DNA from: the human T2T-CHM13v2.0 reference genome, Homo sapiens
Assembly: GCF_009914755.1 (NCBI RefSeq)
Contig: NC_060936.1
DNA length: 64,000 nt
Strand: one strand, 5' to 3'
Each line of letters opens with the position of its first letter. Position 1 is the first letter of the stretch. Shown one piece after another: positions 57,860 through 64,000 of this stretch. Below the pieces are notes generated by a model, which worked only from the letters and a program-made list of their open reading frames with translations, searched no databases and was not told where the DNA came from. Position numbers and translations under genes: made by a program.

Positions 57860-58680
57860 TTAAAAAAGTGATTCACGGGCTCTACCCTTGGAGATTCTGA
57901 TTTTGTGGATCTGGTGTAAGGCTTAGGAATGTAACTGCCCAGTGGGTTCACCTTGCCCGCTGCCCAGGCAGAGCCAATTTACCAAGACAGGGGAATTGCA
58001 ATGGAGAAAGAGTAATTCATGCAAAGCCAGCTGTGTATGGGAGATCAGAGTTTTATCATTACTGCAGTCAGTCTCCCCAAGCATTGAGGATCAGAGTTTT
58101 TAAGGATAATTTGGCAGGTAGGGGCTCCGGAAGTGGGGAGTGCTGATTGGTTAGGTGGCAAATGGAATTATAGTGGGGTTGAAGTGAGTTTTTCTTGCTG
58201 TCTTCTGTTCCTGGGTGGGATCACAGAATTGGTTGAGCCAGATTATCAGTTTGGGTGGTGTCAGCTGATCCACTGAGCACAGGGTCTGCAAAATATCACA
58301 AGCACTGATCTTAGGTTTTACAATAGTGATGTTATCCCCAGGAGCAATCTGGGGAGGTTCAGACCCTTGCTGCCTGGCCCCTAAACCGTAGTTTCCAATC
58401 TTGTAGCTAATTTGTTAGTCTTACAAAGGCAGACTGGTCCGCAGGCAAAACGGGGGTCTTTTTGGAAAAGGACTATTAACACTTTTGTTTCAGAGTCAAA
58501 CTATAAACTAACTTCCTTCCCAAGGTTAATTTGGTGGACACCCAGGAATGAACAAGGACAGCTTAAAGCAAGATGGAGTTGGTTAGGTCTGACTTCTTTC
58601 ACTGTCATAATATCCTCAGTTATAATTTTTGCAAAGTCAGTTTCAGGAGCTTGCATTTTTAAAAAGCTTTCCACATGATA
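57860..58680. mobile_element. MER5-like MITE split by LTR8
   Basis: gagattctgattttgtggatctggtgtaaggcttagga | ttgcatttttaaaaagct. Confidence 0.6.
57930..58645 (-). mobile_element. LTR8/LTR8A ERV1 solo LTR
   Basis: Minus start tgaaactgactttgcaaaaattataactgagg...cagacctaaccaactccatcttgc; end gggcaaggtgaacccactgggcagttaca; TSD ggaa/ggag. Confidence 0.88.
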
Positions 58681-59119
58681 GAAATCTCTGGTATAGGTAA
58701 TTTATTCAGGAGCACAAATTTACATCAGAATAATGTCTGAGATATTTGAAATATTAGATGTTCTAGAAAGTGTTTTTAGATTCTTTCCATTAAAAAAACT
58801 CTGATATTGTTAGTATTTTGGCAAATAAAGTTCTTCTTGCTATTTAATGGCATTTATGAACCTGTGGCTAAAACAGATCACTTACAGATAGTAGATTCTT
58901 GTGTGGCTACTCCCACTATTTTTATTACATGGCTACAGAGCTATCTCATTATTCAATGCAATCAAACCTTATGTCAGTAAATGGAAATATGTGGATTTTA
59001 AAATAGAGGATTTTACTCCCCACACTCAGTCTAATGAAGCTAGCAGCTTAAAAATCCAAAAATTATAAAGTGAAATGCTCCTTCCTCTTCGGATGATATT
59101 CCTGAACTCCAATAGACAG

Positions 59120-59676
59120 TGTTGGGCCCAAGGTCGTTGTCCACCCAGTGGTTTGATGAAAAAATCACTGACATAAGGCAGATTGATTAGTTGGAGAAAA
59201 GACACACAAATTTATTTAATGTGTATGCATGGGAGCCTTCAGAATGAAGACCCAACCTCGCAATGAGGTACAGAAACTTGCAGAAAGAATGGGGGGTTGG
59301 ATGGACAGAACAGGTTACAGGAAAGGGAGAAGAGGAATTCTACTAACCAGCAATAAATGATTACTAGGGAGAAGGACTGGATCCAGGGAAACAGAAATTA
59401 ACTTGCAAATATTTCTGTTTGAAATTTAAATGATCCTTGGAGACAGTCATTATCTTATTGAAAAAAGGGGTTTGTTCAGGTGTAGTTTCATTCTTGGTCA
59501 TCTTTTCTGTAATGGCCACAGAGGGGAACAAGAAAAATTGTTCTCCTTGGAGGTCTGGATCTTAGGCAGATAAAGGAACTTCAATGTCTAGGAGAGGTCA
59601 TAGAGACCTTGAAGGTTTCTTCAGTGCAGCATGTCAAAAATGCCATATTTGGGGGTATTGTTTCTGAGCCCCAACA
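59120..59676 (-). mobile_element. ERV1 solo LTR (MER39/MER34/LTR29 group)
   Basis: Minus start tgttggggctcagaaacaatacccccaaatatggc; TG...CA; TSD acag/atag. Confidence 0.8.
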
Positions 59677-59684
59677 ATAGCCTT

Positions 59685-59862
59685 TGTAGGAGAACAGAAT
59701 ATGCCACCCTAAAATATGCCTTTTTGGCATAAGGGTTATTTTGAACTAATTATTTTGAGAAATGGCAGACACATGAGAAACTCTGAAAACAGAGTTAAAG
59801 CTACCCTTTTTGCGAGGGAAATTAACATCTATACAAAAAATCTCAATTTGTAAAGCTATCTC

Positions 59863-59900
<38 letters not shown>

Positions 59901-60246
59901 CCTGCCCCCCAACCCCTAGCCAAGAAGAGATGTATGATTATAAATCATTTAAGACTCTTATCAATGGAGAAGGCACCCACTTAAATCTGCATAACAAACT
60001 TTTCTCTTATTTACTATGCTTTTCCCATACCATTCTTTCTTTCTTTCAGTGGTAGATTGTCTGTAAACCCAAGTCTAAACCATCTCTTTGAGATTTAGTG
60101 ATTTCTCTAGATAGCTCCCATGTATACATGAGGTTACATGTTAATAAAATTGTGTGTTCTTTTCTTATCAATCTGTCTTTTGTTATAAGGGCCCATTCAA
60201 CTAAAAACTATGAAAGTAAAGAGAAAATCCTTTTTCCTGTCCTACA
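59685..60246 (+). mobile_element. ERV1 solo LTR (MER34-like)
   Basis: tgtaggagaacagaatatgccaccctaaaatatgcc...AATAAA ~60143...cctaca; perfect TSD cctt. Confidence 0.85.
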
Positions 60247-61949
60247 CCTTAAATAGGGAACATATGACTAAAAATATTCAGTCAAAAAGAATTTTTCTGA
60301 ATTGATGCTGAGTTTCTGTCAAGAAAATTTGTGGATACCATACAAGGGAAAAAATGGGAACATAAAATTCTCACTTTCTGGTGCATAAAGCAGTGGGTTC
60401 ATTTGTTAATATGGCTTTTAGTTTCATTATCAAAATTTGAACTTTTATGGTACATTAGCTGAGCTATTTCTAACATTCTTCTGAAAATGAGAAGATTCAT
60501 GTCAAAAATTGGCTGTGACATATTTCTAATAAACAAATGGATAAGTGACTATCAGCTGCCTCTGCAATTCCTACTGACTTGAAAACTGCTTACTTTGAAC
60601 CATTCAGGATAATTCTAGAAAGTTATAATGATTTTCTGGGAACATGCAAATAATGAAAGTCTGAGAAGTGATTACATTACCATAGTTTTACTCTGGAACT
60701 TGGCATAATGAAACTGAAACTTTTGTCAACAGTTAAAAATATTTGAGATTCGCTGAAGCAATCTAGTGCTAATGTCTGGAGTTGACTTTATAATTGAGAC
60801 AATATGAGCCCTACTGAATGCAGTTATTGTGATAGAAAGCTAATCTAAAGAAAGTAGGAACACAATAGACTGCACACATTCTCAACCAGTTTCAATTTGG
60901 TATTTCAGTTTTAACAGTAAAGGTATCAGACTGCTGAATATTTTATTGTTGTGTAACCACCAAGGATACTGTGTAGACAGGTAAGATATTTTAATTTTCC
61001 CCCCTCTGGTGAATACAAGACCCATCAATGTCAGGAGTGGCACAGTGCAGCTATAAAGTAATATTTTCTTTTGCATTCCAACAGCAGAAAACATCTCTGG
61101 CTGCCAACAGTATCTGTATTTAAATTCTTCAGAATCACAGTTTCTTGTTCTTGCAAAGGACACACATTAGGGCCTGAATGGCCTTTGAAACTCATCTTAT
61201 TTGTATTTGAGTGAGGGCTAAATTATATATCTTTTCCACACTAGGAAGAAAGAAAGTGGATTAAAGAAGAAAGATAGCTGTTTGAAATGCACAATGCCTT
61301 TACTAGGAACTAAAGGAATTGCATTCAATGGAAGCTGAATTTCAGACTAGTAAATGTGTTGGTAATCCTCTCTTTGTTTACTGAAAATGAATCACTTCTC
61401 AGTTTCTGAAAGGAAACAAAGAAATGTGCCCTGTGTTTGCAAAGGCTATAAATCCTCTAGTTGAGGCCATTTCAAGCTCACTGAGACTGCTGGTAAGGTT
61501 GAGTCATGCTTTCAAGAATGCATGGTGCAGTTTCAAAAAGAAAAAACAAAATGTGTTCCGAGTCATCAGCGTTGCTGAGCAAACTGATGGTGAGTTTTCT
61601 GGAGAATCAGCCTTCAGCTCTGTGCCCACAGTCAGGTCACCCATTTATTCCTCAGAGTCAAATGGCAAATGTGTTCGTGCTGGTAAAGGTCAGTCAACAC
61701 ATTCAACTCTTACCCTTGGAGAGAAAGCTGGAAACCATCTTGGACACTTCTCATTGGCTTAGGAATGTCAGCTGAACTTGGAAACCTGCCCAGACTGTAT
61801 TTTGCCATGACTGGCAGAGATAGGGTCTCCCACCAACTTCTCAGAACCACACTTGCAAAGATTAACTCTTTTGCACAGGAAACACCAACTTTCTATCTGG
61901 CCACATTGCTGCCTGAGACATGGCTTCTATTCTGAAGAGCTGCCAAGAG

Positions 61950-64000
61950 GGAGACTCTGTATGGCTGAATAGGAACAGCTCTGGTCTGCAGTTCCCAGTG
62001 AAATCAACACAGAAGGCCTGTGATTTCTGCATTTCCAACTGAGTGTAAACAAAGCTGCCAGGAAGTTCGAACTGGGCGGAGCCCACCGCAGCTCCACAAA
62101 GCCTCTGTAGCCACACTGCCTCTCTAGATTCCTCCTCTCTGGGCAGGGCATCTCTGAAAGAAAGGCAGCAGCCCCAGTCAGGGGCTTATAGATAAAACTC
62201 CCATCTCCCTGGGACAGAACACCTGGGGAAAGGGGCGGCTGTGGGCACAGCTTCAGCAGACTTAAACATTCCTGCCCATTGGCTCTAAAGAAAGCAGAGG
62301 ATCTCTCAGCACAGCCCTTGAGCTCTGCTAAGGGACAGACTGCCTCCTCAAGTGGGTCCCTGACCCCCATGCCTCCTGACTGGGAGACATCTCCCAGCAG
62401 GGGTCGACAGACATCTCATACAGGAGAGCTCCAGCTGGCATCTTGTGGGTGCCCCTCTGGGGGACGAAGCTTCCAGAGGAAGGAACAGGCAGCAATCTTT
62501 GCTGTTTGGCAGCCTCTGCTAGTGATACCCAGGCAAACAGGGTCTGGAGTGGACCTCCAGCAAACTCCAGCAGACCTGTATCAGAGGGGCCTGTTAGAAG
62601 GAAAATTAACAAATAGAAAGGAATAGCATAAACATAAAGAAAAAGGACGTCCACACGGAAACCCCATCTGAAGGTCACTAACATGAAAAACCAAAGGTAG
62701 ATAAAACCACGAAGATGAGGAAAAACCAGCACAAAAAGGGTGAAAATTCCAAAAAGCAGAACGCCTCTTCTCCTCCAAAGGATCACAACTCCTCACCAGC
62801 AAGGGGACAAAACTGGATGGAGAATGAGTCTGATGAATTGACAGAAGTAGGCTTCAGAAGGTGGGTAATAACAAATTCCTCCGAGCTAAAGGAGCATGTT
62901 CTAACCCAATGCAAAGAAGCTAAGAACCTTGAAAAAAGGTTAGAGGAATTGCTAACTAGAATAACCAGTTTAGAGAAAACATAAATGACCTGAAGGAGCT
63001 GAAAAACACAGCACAAGAACTTCGTGAAGCATACAAAGTATCAATAGCTGAATCAGTGAAGTGGGTGAAAGGATATCAGAGATTGAAGTTCAACTTAATG
63101 AAATAAAGTGTGAAGACAAGAATAGAGAAAAAAGAATAAAAAGGAATGAAGAAAGCCTCCAAGAAATATGGGACTTTGTGAAAAGACCAAACCTATGTTT
63201 GATTGGTGTACCTGAAAGTGACAAGGAGAATGGAACCAAGTTGGAAAGCACTCTTCAGGATATTATCCAGGAGAACTTCCCCAACCTAGGAAGACAGGCC
63301 AACATCCAAATTCAGGAAATACAGAGAACACCACAAGGATATTCCTTGAGAAGGGCAACCCAAAGACACATAATAGTCAGATTTGCCAAGTTTGAAATGA
63401 AGGAAAAAATATTAAGGGCAGCCAGAGAAAGGTCGGGTTACCACAAAAGGAAGCTCATCAGACTAACAGTGGATCTCTCTGCAGAAACCTAACAAGCTAG
63501 AAGAGAGTGGGGGCCAATATTCAACATTCTTATATAAAAGAATTTTTCAAGCCAGAATTTCATATCCAGCCAAACTAAGCTTCATAAGTGAAGGAGAAAT
63601 GAAATCCTTTACAGACAGGCAAATGCTGAAAGATGTTGTCACCATCAGGCCTGCCTTACAAGAGCTCCTCTTGAAGGAAGCACTAAATATGCAAAGGAAA
63701 AACCCATACCAGCCACTGCAAAAACATACCAAATTGTAAAGATCATCAACACTATGAAGAAACTGCATCAACTAATGGGCAAAATAACCAGGTAGCATCA
63801 TAATGACAGGATCAAATTCACACATAACAATATTACCCTTAAATGTGAATGGGCTAAATGCCCCAATTAAAAGACACAGACTGGCAAATTGGATAAAGAG
63901 TCAAGACCCATTGGTGTGCTATATTCAGGAGACCCATCTCAAGTGCAAAGACACACATAGGATCAAAATAAAGGGATGGAGAAATATTTACCAAGCAAAT
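61950..64000 (+). mobile_element. L1PA7/8-like element: 5'UTR with internal deletion, frameshifted ORF1 (~62715-63739), start of ORF2 endonuclease (63803 onward); continues beyond the window
   Basis: atggctgaataggaacagctc 5'UTR start; ORF1 pieces MRKNQHKK..., LQEIWDFVKRPNL, IIQENFPNL; ORF2 MTGSNSHITILPLNVNGLNAPIKRHRLANWIK. Confidence 0.96.

Noticed and set aside
61424-61775. Two overlapping + strand ORFs just upstream of the L1
   Set aside because: No recognisable domain or splice context; lengths expected by chance

Overview
AT-rich primate (very likely human) non-coding DNA, either intergenic or deep intronic. I see no CpG island, intact protein-coding exon or RNA gene. A large part of the window is interspersed repeats: Alu/FLAM, L1, L2, MIR, L3/CR1, MaLR and ERV1 LTRs, and hAT-Charlie MITEs. 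The only gene-derived sequence is an inactivated processed pseudogene of ARF1 (about 30408-32093: CDS, ~1.1 kb 3'UTR and A-tail), whose start is fused directly to the 5' ~190 nt of an Alu. Other notable structures are a MER41B LTR retaining two tandem GAS (STAT) motifs, two related ERV1 solo LTRs integrated back-to-back at abutting 4-bp target sites, a spacer-less head-to-head junction of two different L1s, and a 5'-containing L1PA with an internally deleted 5'UTR that runs off the window end. I found no evidence for a new biological system; the findings are locus-level curiosities and regulatory candidates. Repeat subfamily names come from my recollection of consensus sequences, not from a search, and boundaries of old repeats are approximate.
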